52,205 nucleotides of DNA, from assembly GCA_963991165.1 (NCBI GenBank), contig CAXDOW010000001.1:1-52205 (forward strand), written 5' to 3'. Shown here piece by piece: positions 29,421 to 37,303 of this stretch. The position numbers and the translations under genes are program-made. The notes beneath the pieces are model-generated. The model made no database searches. It was not told where the DNA came from and saw only the letters and a list, made by a program, of their open reading frames with translations. Numbering within the stretch: the stretch's first letter is position 1; every line of letters begins with the position of its first letter. Origin of the DNA: an uncultured Flavobacteriales bacterium (lineage in GTDB: Bacteria; Bacteroidota; Bacteroidia; Flavobacteriales; UBA7312).

Positions 29421-30917
29421 ATGAAAATATATCTTAGAGCTATCATGTTTTTTTTTCTCCTTATTTCAGTATGTAGTTCCTATTCGCAAGATTACTCACA
29501 CACAGAAGTAAATGGCATATTGATTGATTCAATTTCAAAACAGCCATTATTGTATGCTAGTGTTTTTGTGCCTGGCACAACTATAGGAATAATTACCAAC
29601 GAAAATGGACATTACTCTTTAAATATTTCAAAATTAACCACGATTGATTCCGTACGGTTTCAGTACATGGGGTATCAGACCAAAGATGTCGCACTCTCTC
29701 AATTGTTAAGTTCTCCAAATGTGTCGCTCGCGGAAAATATTATTAATCTCAAGCAAGCAACGGTTTTTGGAAACACTATTGACCCCGTTTCTGTCATAGA
29801 AAAAGTATCTCAAAACTTAAATGAAAACTACAAAGACATTACTATTGAACGTGAGGTTTTTATACGACAGCGCTTTACTTCTGATATACAAGATCTACTT
29901 ATCGATTATAAGAAAAGCACCATTTCTGAAATTGATAAAAACATGATTGTTACGGCACAAGAAAATATACCACGTAATAGTGTATCCTATACCGATTTTT
30001 ACGGAAAAATGTACGTACCAGACTTGCAAAATGACAGTATTCCTTTCAAGTTAAGTCCAATGCGAGTAATTAGTCTCAAAGAAAAAGAATTAACGGAGCT
30101 GGATAACATAAATACTGTTTTCGAAAATACACTTAAAGCTACCGACTCTTTGGAATATTGGAAAATTAAAACGGGTATTATAGGTACAAAAGTACATTTC
30201 GATTTTGAAGATACTTCGTCTGTCACACTGCCAAAAGATGAACAATTAGTTAGTTCATTTACTAGTGATGTAAACTATCAATTACAAAACGCGAGTTTTA
30301 GTGAAAAGGAGTGGGATTTTATTTTTAAGCCCTCCCGTTACAAGTTTAGTCTTTTTGCTGGGAGTAATTTTAATAATGAAGATATTTACATCATTGACTT
30401 CGTGCCCAAACAAAAAGGCATTTTTCAAGGTCGATTAATCGTGTCAATGGAATCCTTCGCCATTCTTCGTGTCGATTATCAATATGCTCCACAAAAAAGG
30501 GGAAATCACTTTAATATGTTTGGTATTAGTTATACTGATGCTAAGTACGAAGCTTCTGTACATTTTGAAAAAGTAGATACTTGCTATCAACTCAAGTACT
30601 TTTCATTAAAAACCCTTCAGAAAATTAGCTTTGACCGAAAAATTTCACTGTTAAAAAAGAGAAAAAGACCGTTTTTTGACAAAACAATGGATGAGCTAAA
30701 AACCGATTTGGACATTTCTTTAAATAACGAAGAATCCTTTGAATTTTTGGTGTTGTCTCAACGCCCCATTTCCAAAAAAAAATATACTGAAGTTCAAGAA
30801 GAGAAATCGATGAAAGTGATATATATTGATCAATTTAGAAACGATTTGTGGGAAGGTTACAATATCATTGAACCAACTCAACAAATGAGAGAGTACACAA
30901 AACAATTCGAGGATTAG
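29421..30917 (+). CDS. carboxypeptidase-regulatory-like domain protein of unknown function
   Basis: Signal peptide MKIYLRAIMFFFLLISVCSSYSQ, then a CarboxypepD_reg-like module (VNGILIDSISKQPLLYASVFVPGTTIGIITNENGHYSL). The remaining roughly 400 aa have no family I recognise. ATG 29421 is preferred over the track's TTG 29376. Confidence 0.75.
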   Translation: MKIYLRAIMFFFLLISVCSSYSQDYSHTEVNGILIDSISKQPLLYASVFVPGTTIGIITNENGHYSLNISKLTTIDSVRFQYMGYQTKDVALSQLLSSPNVSLAENIINLKQATVFGNTIDPVSVIEKVSQNLNENYKDITIEREVFIRQRFTSDIQDLLIDYKKSTISEIDKNMIVTAQENIPRNSVSYTDFYGKMYVPDLQNDSIPFKLSPMRVISLKEKELTELDNINTVFENTLKATDSLEYWKIKTGIIGTKVHFDFEDTSSVTLPKDEQLVSSFTSDVNYQLQNASFSEKEWDFIFKPSRYKFSLFAGSNFNNEDIYIIDFVPKQKGIFQGRLIVSMESFAILRVDYQYAPQKRGNHFNMFGISYTDAKYEASVHFEKVDTCYQLKYFSLKTLQKISFDRKISLLKKRKRPFFDKTMDELKTDLDISLNNEESFEFLVLSQRPISKKKYTEVQEEKSMKVIYIDQFRNDLWEGYNIIEPTQQMREYTKQFED

Positions 30918-33496
30918 TGCATAAGATGTACTTGCCCTAACTTGACTTGATTGACTTTAGCACCATCATACTTTGCTTTCCAAGTATATATGCCAACAGG
31001 GGCTAACTGGCCTTCAAATGTTCCATCCCAACCATTGTTTATATCGTTGGAATAATAAACAATAGCTCCCCAGCGATTGCTAATCCATAGTTCATAGTTT
31101 CTAGCACAATCCAAAACAGGTTTAAACACCTCATTAACTTCATCCCCATCAGGAGTGAAGGCATTAGGGGCATAAAATGGGATTCTTTTGGAGGGTTCAA
31201 TTTCGGTGTTGTAGGTGTTTTGGCAACCGAATTCGTTGATGGTCGTCAGGCGAATGATGTAATTGCCTACATCATCATAAGTATATTGTGAAATGGTATC
31301 GTCATTGGCAAATGCGTCATTGCCGAAATCCCAGCTCACAACGTTGTAATTGGTCGAAAAGTTTTGAATGTTGACAGTCGTGTTACAATGGTTAATTTCT
31401 TTTGGATAAACACTGAAATGAGAAGTTGGTGGTTGGTGGACTGTCAAGTAATTGGGTATGGTTAAACTAGAACGACATCCCAATTCGGTAACGACTTCTA
31501 AAGTAACATCGTAGCTTCCGCTACTTTCTAAGGCAATGGAAGTTGCTGACGAATTACTTTGTTGACCAGCCACTGTCCAACTCCATTCAATGATAGGGTC
31601 ATCGGCTTGAGCTAAGGTACTATCTACAAGTTGAAAACTAGCTGGTGGACAGGCCGAATCATTGGGAGTATAGAATTCAATAGTAGGGACAAAAGAGCTA
31701 ACGGCAATAATATCATCAGAATAAGAACATCCGTTGGGACTAACTACGGTACATGAGTATGGACCTTCAGTGGTTACCGCGATAGTTTGACTCGTTTCGT
31801 TGGTGTTCCACAGATAAGACGTGGCTTCAGCACCGGCATCAATAAACACATTGCTCATTCCTTCACAAAATCCCACATCGGGACCTAAGGAGAAGTTAAA
31901 ATCGTCAATGTTAATGGTCACGCTAACGGTATCTCTACTTCCACAAGTGCCTTCTCCCATTACCGTGTAAGTGGTATTTTCCGTTGGACTAGCAACAGGG
32001 CTGCTTATGTTAGAGTCATCTAAAGTGTTAGAAGGCGACCATACATAATTAACTCCACCGCTCACGCTTAATTGTATCGATTGACCCGGGCAAATAATAG
32101 TATTTGGTGTTATTGTAAAAATGGGTTCGCTGACGGCGTCTGAATAAATTTCAATGTCTCCAAAAGACATTTTTTGACTTCCATTACTACCCGTTCCTGT
32201 GTAGTCAACATCAATGTAAATACTAGAGGATTGAACATAATCGGTAGCTGTTGGATCCATAGAGTTTCCTTCAATAGGAACACCAGTTATGCCATACAGA
32301 TAATCTGAACCTGGAATGTCGTTAAAACCAGAAAAACGTAAAGCATCTCCTGAGGCCCAAATTATTTTCTCGCATTCAAAGCCATCGACAGTTTGTCGGT
32401 TTCCTATGGCAACTCCACCCGCTGTATTATCTGCATCGCTGGGAGCATTGTAGTTCCCTACATAGTATTGTTTTGAAAGAGTCCAAGTTCCACTGTTGTT
32501 AGCGAATTCAAATAGACGAGAACTATGTGCTCCTGGAGTGAACAGATTATCCCATCCACCGAAAGATCCCCATCCGCCTTGTACTTTTTCGCACAGATAC
32601 ATGTTGCCTTCAGAACTTATAGCAATGTCAGAAATTGGATAAGAGGCACCAACGATTCCGTTCATAAAACTACCTGTGTTGTCCGGAAGGTTAAAGCATA
32701 GCGTCTCACTACCGGTAAAATCTCCAGTGTTATCTAGGTTTATAGACCATACGGCATTATTGGGATTAGTAGCATCGCTCAACGAATTGTCTTCAGTCCA
32801 TTGAGAAAAGAACACTTTGATCACTCCATTGTCGTTGTGTACGGCAATGCCCCAAATGGCTTCTCCATGTCCGCTAAAAGTGCCTAAGGCTGTAGCATCA
32901 GGGCTAAATGGGTCGAATGTGGATAATAAATTTCCATTCATATCGAAGCGGTAAATTTTACCGTCTTCAAAATTGGTAATAAATAATTGATCATTCCATT
33001 TGTCATGGGCGATATTTCCTAGTCCATTGCCTTGATTTGGAATTTGGTTGGCGCCGTTGCCAGTAGTAATAAAAGGGGTGACCAACCAAGTGTTGGCATC
33101 CATTTTGTAAACACCGCCATCGCCAGCAACTCCAGCATTTGTGCCTGTCGATCCGCTTGAAGAAATGGATTTGGTGGCGGTGAAGTATACGTTTTTTTGA
33201 GCATCAATAGCGATACCAAACACATCTCCCATGTTTGTTCCTTTCCATGAATCGGCAACCGTAGGATCTGTGGGGGTGTAAAAGGTGGTTGCCCAATTTA
33301 GTCCAAGAGGAGCACTAGCGTTATTTTCAGTATCGTAGATTGAGAAAGCGTTCCATTCTCCGCTACTTCCTGTCCAATGCGTAATAATACCCATTCCATT
33401 GGTGAGCGGTTGACTGTAGGAACAGAAAGTAATCGCTAAAAAAAATAAGATTGTCAGATGATATCTCAACTTTTGTAAGGTTAATAAACGAATCAA
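30914..33496 (-). CDS. large secreted adhesin-like protein with PKD-like repeats and type B T9SS C-terminal domain (gliding motility-associated CTD)
   Basis: 860 aa. C-terminus YAPNAFTPDGDEVNEVFKPV...ISNRWGAIVYYS...GWDG...GIYTWKAKY matches the CHU_C / TIGR04131-type CTD. Only TTG starts are available (33496, or 33469 giving MRYHLTILFFLAITFCSYSQ), so the exact start is uncertain. Confidence 0.85.
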   Translation of the reverse strand: MIRLLTLQKLRYHLTILFFLAITFCSYSQPLTNGMGIITHWTGSSGEWNAFSIYDTENNASAPLGLNWATTFYTPTDPTVADSWKGTNMGDVFGIAIDAQKNVYFTATKSISSSGSTGTNAGVAGDGGVYKMDANTWLVTPFITTGNGANQIPNQGNGLGNIAHDKWNDQLFITNFEDGKIYRFDMNGNLLSTFDPFSPDATALGTFSGHGEAIWGIAVHNDNGVIKVFFSQWTEDNSLSDATNPNNAVWSINLDNTGDFTGSETLCFNLPDNTGSFMNGIVGASYPISDIAISSEGNMYLCEKVQGGWGSFGGWDNLFTPGAHSSRLFEFANNSGTWTLSKQYYVGNYNAPSDADNTAGGVAIGNRQTVDGFECEKIIWASGDALRFSGFNDIPGSDYLYGITGVPIEGNSMDPTATDYVQSSSIYIDVDYTGTGSNGSQKMSFGDIEIYSDAVSEPIFTITPNTIICPGQSIQLSVSGGVNYVWSPSNTLDDSNISSPVASPTENTTYTVMGEGTCGSRDTVSVTINIDDFNFSLGPDVGFCEGMSNVFIDAGAEATSYLWNTNETSQTIAVTTEGPYSCTVVSPNGCSYSDDIIAVSSFVPTIEFYTPNDSACPPASFQLVDSTLAQADDPIIEWSWTVAGQQSNSSATSIALESSGSYDVTLEVVTELGCRSSLTIPNYLTVHQPPTSHFSVYPKEINHCNTTVNIQNFSTNYNVVSWDFGNDAFANDDTISQYTYDDVGNYIIRLTTINEFGCQNTYNTEIEPSKRIPFYAPNAFTPDGDEVNEVFKPVLDCARNYELWISNRWGAIVYYSNDINNGWDGTFEGQLAPVGIYTWKAKYDGAKVNQVKLGQVHLMH

Positions 33497-33540
33497 AAAT
33501 ACAAAAAACTAATTTCTTAGTTAAAAGTGGAGTATTTTAG

Positions 33541-34259
33541 TTATTTTTCAGAGAAGATATAGCGTAAATCAATAGTGAAATAGTTTCCCGTTATGTTCAA
33601 ATATTTGGAGTTTTTTCCAGTGGGGGCTTCCGTATTAAAGGAATTATTATCGTCATCGAATTCGGGAAAAGAGCGAGCACTGTTTTTCCAGGGTCTATGC
33701 AAACTGGCTCCCACATAGAAAATGCCCTTGCTATCCGATCGGTATTCCAGACCAAGATTAGCAATAAATGCAGATTGAAACTTTCGTCTTCGTGCCGTAT
33801 TCACAAAAAATTCATCGTTACTATCTCCAAAGCTAAGAATGTCGGCAGGAAAGACATTAAAGGCGTTGCCAAAAGAGGCGTTTAGATAGTATTTTTCTGC
33901 TACTCTTACATAGGAAAGTGCTTGAATGGGCCACTCATAAGATCGAATAGTAAAGCGTGATTCATCCTCAAAAGAAATAGTAGGGTTAGACATACTTAAA
34001 CGATACCTTCGATTTACCAAATTTAATCCTGTTTCAAGGGAAATGGTGTTGGTAAATTGATACCTCACTATCATGCCCAAGGATTGTCCAAATCTTGGAG
34101 AAAGATTGATGGCGTAATTTTCAAAATTAATGTTTTCATCTCCAGCGCTAAAGTAAGCGACCGAAATGATGGGTTTGTATTGAATTCCAAAGGTAAAGGG
34201 ATTTACCTTAGTTTGTGCACTGATAAAAAGAGGTAAAAAAAAAAGAGAATTCTAATCAT
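33541..34259 (-). pseudogene. outer-membrane beta-barrel-like protein gene interrupted by a frameshift in an A10/T10 homopolymer
   Basis: The frame of the 179-aa track ORF stays open for 57 more codons upstream (NSLFFLPLFISAQTKVNPFTFGIQYKP...) but contains no start codon there. ATG 34259 in another frame gives MIRILFFFYLFLSVHKLR then a stop. Adding one T in the T10 run would fuse them into MIRILFFFLPLFISAQTKV..., a normal signal peptide. Confidence 0.65.
34235..34244. repeat. A10 (T10 on the coding strand) homopolymer at the frameshift site
   Basis: Counted directly. The 171-nt spacing between the ORF-track boundaries at 34080 and 34252 confirms the tract length as given. Confidence 0.9.
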
Positions 34260-34848
34260 TGTCGGCAATAACTTCATTAATTTCTTCTGGTATTTCACGT
34301 TTTAGCAAACCCTCTATACCTGACTTTAAGGTCATGCTGGAAGAGGGGCACCCGCTACATGCACCTTGTAAAGAAACGGTAACAGTTCCTTTTTCGTATT
34401 TTTTTAATGAGATATAACCGCCGTCTTGTTCAACCGCAGGTTTTACGTATTCATCTAAAAGATGAACAATTTTCTTTTCAATATCAGAAAATTCTCTAGA
34501 CGGTTCTTTATCTATTTGCTGTGCAGCGTTTTGAGGTGATGCCTTTTCGTTTATCACCTGACCACCTTCTAACAAAAAGTCTCTTATAAATTCGCGCATT
34601 TCCAAGATGATATCTTGCCATTCTATGCTATTCTCTTTTTTTGTGATGGAAATAAAATTGGAACTAATAAAAACTTTATTGACAAAAGGAAATCCGAATA
34701 ATTCTAAGGCCAAAGGAGAGGCAGTGGCTTCGGCTCTATTATTGAATTCATAAATATGATTCTCTACCAACATTCGGTTAGCAACAAATTTCATTACCAA
34801 TGGGTTGGGGGTTGATTCGGCGTATAAGGAAGTGGGGATTTTAGCCAT
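34252..34848 (-). CDS. NifU/Nfu family Fe-S cluster assembly protein
   Basis: 198 aa. Nfu_N-like N-terminus (YAESTPNPLVMKFVANRML) and a NifU C-terminal domain with the CSGCPSS motif. Confidence 0.88.
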   Translation of the reverse strand: MAKIPTSLYAESTPNPLVMKFVANRMLVENHIYEFNNRAEATASPLALELFGFPFVNKVFISSNFISITKKENSIEWQDIILEMREFIRDFLLEGGQVINEKASPQNAAQQIDKEPSREFSDIEKKIVHLLDEYVKPAVEQDGGYISLKKYEKGTVTVSLQGACSGCPSSSMTLKSGIEGLLKREIPEEINEVIADND

Positions 34849-34860
34849 GTTATTTTTTTA

Positions 34861-34868
34861 CAAAGTTA
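34861..34868 (-). promoter_or_regulatory. -7 box candidate (TAACTTTG) for nifU
   Basis: Matches TAnnTTTG, 12 nt upstream of ATG 34848. Confidence 0.45.
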
Positions 34869-34879
34869 CGTCATTCTTT

Positions 34880-34887
34880 TATCTTTG
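34880..34887 (+). promoter_or_regulatory. -7 box candidate (TATCTTTG) for the gamma carbonic anhydrase gene
   Basis: Matches TAnnTTTG, 12 nt upstream of ATG 34900. Confidence 0.45.
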
Positions 34888-34899
34888 AAAACAAAAATT

Positions 34900-35415
34900 A
34901 TGGCATTAATCAAGAGCGTCAATGGAGTATCGCCCCGTTTTGGTAAGGATGTTTATTTGGCAGACAATGCAACGGTGGTAGGCGATGTTGTTATGGGCGA
35001 TGAGTGTAGTGTATGGTTTCAAGCGGTGGTACGCGGCGATGTTCATTATATAAGAATGGGACATAAGGTCAATATTCAAGATGGAGCGATCATTCATTGT
35101 ACTTACTTAAAGCATCCAACAGAAATAGGGAGTAATGTTTCTGTTGGCCATAATGCACTGGTTCACGGATGCACGGTTCATGATAATGTTTTGATTGGTA
35201 TGGGAGCGATTGTAATGGACGGGGCTATCATTCATTCTAACTCTATCATTGCGGCAGGAGCTGTTGTATTGGAAGGTATGGAAGTTGAGAGTGGTTGTAT
35301 TTATGCTGGTGTTCCCGCCAAAAAAGTAAAAACATTAAGTCAAGAACAAACAGCTACTTTGATTGAAGGGATTGCTCAAAATTATGTGATGTATTCTTCT
35401 TGGTTTAAAAATTGA
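34900..35415 (+). CDS. gamma carbonic anhydrase family protein (left-handed beta-helix)
   Basis: Hexapeptide-repeat protein (MALIKSVNGVSPRFGKDVYLADNATVVGDVVMGD...). ATG 34900 is preferred because the track's TTG 34885 lies inside a TATCTTTG -7 box. Confidence 0.88.
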   Translation: MALIKSVNGVSPRFGKDVYLADNATVVGDVVMGDECSVWFQAVVRGDVHYIRMGHKVNIQDGAIIHCTYLKHPTEIGSNVSVGHNALVHGCTVHDNVLIGMGAIVMDGAIIHSNSIIAAGAVVLEGMEVESGCIYAGVPAKKVKTLSQEQTATLIEGIAQNYVMYSSWFKN

Positions 35416-36205
35416 GAGTTACTTCTTCCAACGTCATATTTTCTCCAAAGAAAAATTTTGCAGATTGCTCAAATGACTCTGTGTAGTTAGAAATAAAAAA
35501 ATGATCGGTAACGCTGTTCTTTTTACTTAGTCGGTTTTTTTGCTCCAAAAGTTGTTTGACGTATTTGGCCACCTCACTAGCCGAATCGATAATGCCAACT
35601 TGGTGGTCGTAGTATGAAGCTATGGAGCTTTGAATGAGTGGATAGTGAGTACAGGCCAGTATGAGTTGTTGTATGTCTTTTAGTTCTTCTTTTCTGAGGT
35701 AGTTTTGTATAATGACCTGACTAATATCATCTTTAATAAACCCTTCTTCAATGAGGTTTGCTAGTAGGGGGGTGGCTAAGGATTTCACGGTAATACTAGA
35801 GTCTTTTTGGTTTATTTTTTGGGCATATATGCCTGATTGTATGGTGGCCTTAGTGCCTATTACGCCAACTACGGAATGGGGTTTTAAAACTTGGTTAATG
35901 ACTGGATCTATCACATTGATTATGTCAAGTTCGGGACATGCTTCCTTAACGGTTTCATATGCTAGTGAAGAAGCGGTATTACAAGCTATCACTATCATTT
36001 TACAATGCTTTTCTGATAAAAAACGAGCAATTTGTTTGGAGAACTTTTGAATGGCTTGACTCGATTTATCGCCGTAAGGAAGGTGTATAGTGTCGCCAAA
36101 ATACAACAAACTTTCATAGGGCAATACTTGTCTGATGGCCTTAGCGACTGTTAGGCCGCCAATACCAGAGTCAAAAACTCCAATGGGTTGTTCGTTGAGT
36201 TGCAT
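35405..36205 (-). CDS. murI: glutamate racemase
   Basis: Motifs GVFDSGIGGLTV, ACNTAS and LACTHYP. Start set to ATG 36205 (MQLNEQPIGVFDSG). The track extension runs into a terminator hairpin. Confidence 0.92.
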   Translation of the reverse strand: MQLNEQPIGVFDSGIGGLTVAKAIRQVLPYESLLYFGDTIHLPYGDKSSQAIQKFSKQIARFLSEKHCKMIVIACNTASSLAYETVKEACPELDIINVIDPVINQVLKPHSVVGVIGTKATIQSGIYAQKINQKDSSITVKSLATPLLANLIEEGFIKDDISQVIIQNYLRKEELKDIQQLILACTHYPLIQSSIASYYDHQVGIIDSASEVAKYVKQLLEQKNRLSKKNSVTDHFFISNYTESFEQSAKFFFGENMTLEEVTLNF

Positions 36206-36212
36206 ATAAAAC

Positions 36213-36244
36213 AAAAAAAAACAGTTTGGACTTTTTCCAAACTG
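36213..36244 (-). terminator. rho-independent terminator after the bamA-ompH-ompH unit
   Basis: On the minus strand: CAGTTTGGA AAAAG TCCAAACTG followed by T9 (A run 36213-36221). Lies between the ompH stop (36266) and the murI start (36205). Confidence 0.85.
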
Positions 36245-36265
36245 CTTCAAGGATATTTTAAATTG

Positions 36266-36763
36266 TTAAAGTCCTAACTCAGTTTTTACTAATGAAATGA
36301 TATTTTCACTTTCGGCAGTGTACAATAAATTTCCTGCACCTGAGTCAAAAATAAATGTAAATTTTCCTTTTTCGGCCACCTTGTCTATCGCTGCCATGGC
36401 TTTTTCTCTGATGGGTGTAAATAGCTCTACTTCTTTTTCGCTTAGAGATTGCTGGGCGTTTTTTTGAAATTCAACGACTCGTTGTTGAATGCTTTCAATT
36501 TCTCTTACTTTATCTTCTTTGACTAAATCAGAGTAAGTCGTTTCATTTTGTTGATATTCAACAACTTTCTTTTCGTATTCGGCTTGCATGGCCGTTAGCT
36601 GTGATTCTAGTCCTTTAGCATAGGTTTGTAATTCTTCTTGCATAGCAGTACTTTCAGGCATCATGGCCAATAGCTCATTGGAGTTAAGATAGCCGAACTT
36701 TTGTGCCTGTGCCGTCATTAAAAGACCAGCGCTCATCATTAGGGTAATCAGTACTTTTTTCAT
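36266..36763 (-). CDS. OmpH/Skp family periplasmic chaperone
   Basis: 165 aa. Signal peptide then coiled-coil-rich sequence. Sits in the canonical position downstream of bamA. Confidence 0.88.
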   Translation of the reverse strand: MKKVLITLMMSAGLLMTAQAQKFGYLNSNELLAMMPESTAMQEELQTYAKGLESQLTAMQAEYEKKVVEYQQNETTYSDLVKEDKVREIESIQQRVVEFQKNAQQSLSEKEVELFTPIREKAMAAIDKVAEKGKFTFIFDSGAGNLLYTAESENIISLVKTELGL

Positions 36764-36781
36764 AATTCAGTTAATTTAGGG

Positions 36782-37288
36782 TTATTTATAATTCAACATT
36801 TTCAAAATATCATCACTTTTATCAAGATCTGGGTTGCTAAAGAGCATAATCAGGTTACTTGATTTGTCAAAGATAATATCATATCTTTTTTCATTCGAAA
36901 AGTCTTGTATGGCATTGTAAATTTTGTCTTGTATTGGTTTTACCAATTCTTGTCTTTTTTTATACAAATCGCCGTCGGGGCCAAATCGTTTTCTTTGTAA
37001 TTCTTTGGCTTCCTTTTCTTTATTTATAATGTCACTTTCTCTTTTGTTTTTCATCTCTTGAGTCAGCAATATTTTATCAGCTTGGTACTTCTTGTACATC
37101 AAATCAATTTCTTGATAAACTTCTTCAATTTCTGATTGCCAGTTTAAAGATAGTTTTTCAATTTGGTCTTGGGCTGATCCATATTCTGGAATGCGTTCTA
37201 AGATATAGTCTGAGTCGACATAAGCAAATTTTTGAGCATACACCAAGCTGCTTAGAGCCATCAAAAGAGTTAGAATGTAATGTTTCAT
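36782..37288 (-). CDS. OmpH/Skp family periplasmic chaperone
   Basis: 168 aa. Signal peptide (MKHYILTLLMALSSLVYAQKFAYVD) then coiled-coil sequence. Immediately downstream of bamA. Confidence 0.88.
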   Translation of the reverse strand: MKHYILTLLMALSSLVYAQKFAYVDSDYILERIPEYGSAQDQIEKLSLNWQSEIEEVYQEIDLMYKKYQADKILLTQEMKNKRESDIINKEKEAKELQRKRFGPDGDLYKKRQELVKPIQDKIYNAIQDFSNEKRYDIIFDKSSNLIMLFSNPDLDKSDDILKMLNYK

Positions 37289-37303
37289 AGTACTACAAAT
37301 GTA

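Noticed and set aside
33467-33496. Absence of any ATG start for the type B CTD adhesin gene as a sign of pseudogenisation
   Set aside because: Two in-frame TTG codons precede a normal signal peptide and the 860-codon frame is intact. A TTG start is the simpler reading.
33541-34080. Taking TTG 34080 as the true start of the beta-barrel-like gene, as in the ORF track
   Set aside because: The frame is open for 57 more codons upstream and encodes the end of a signal peptide and the first beta-strands. A protein starting at 34080 would have no export signal. The frameshift explanation fits better.
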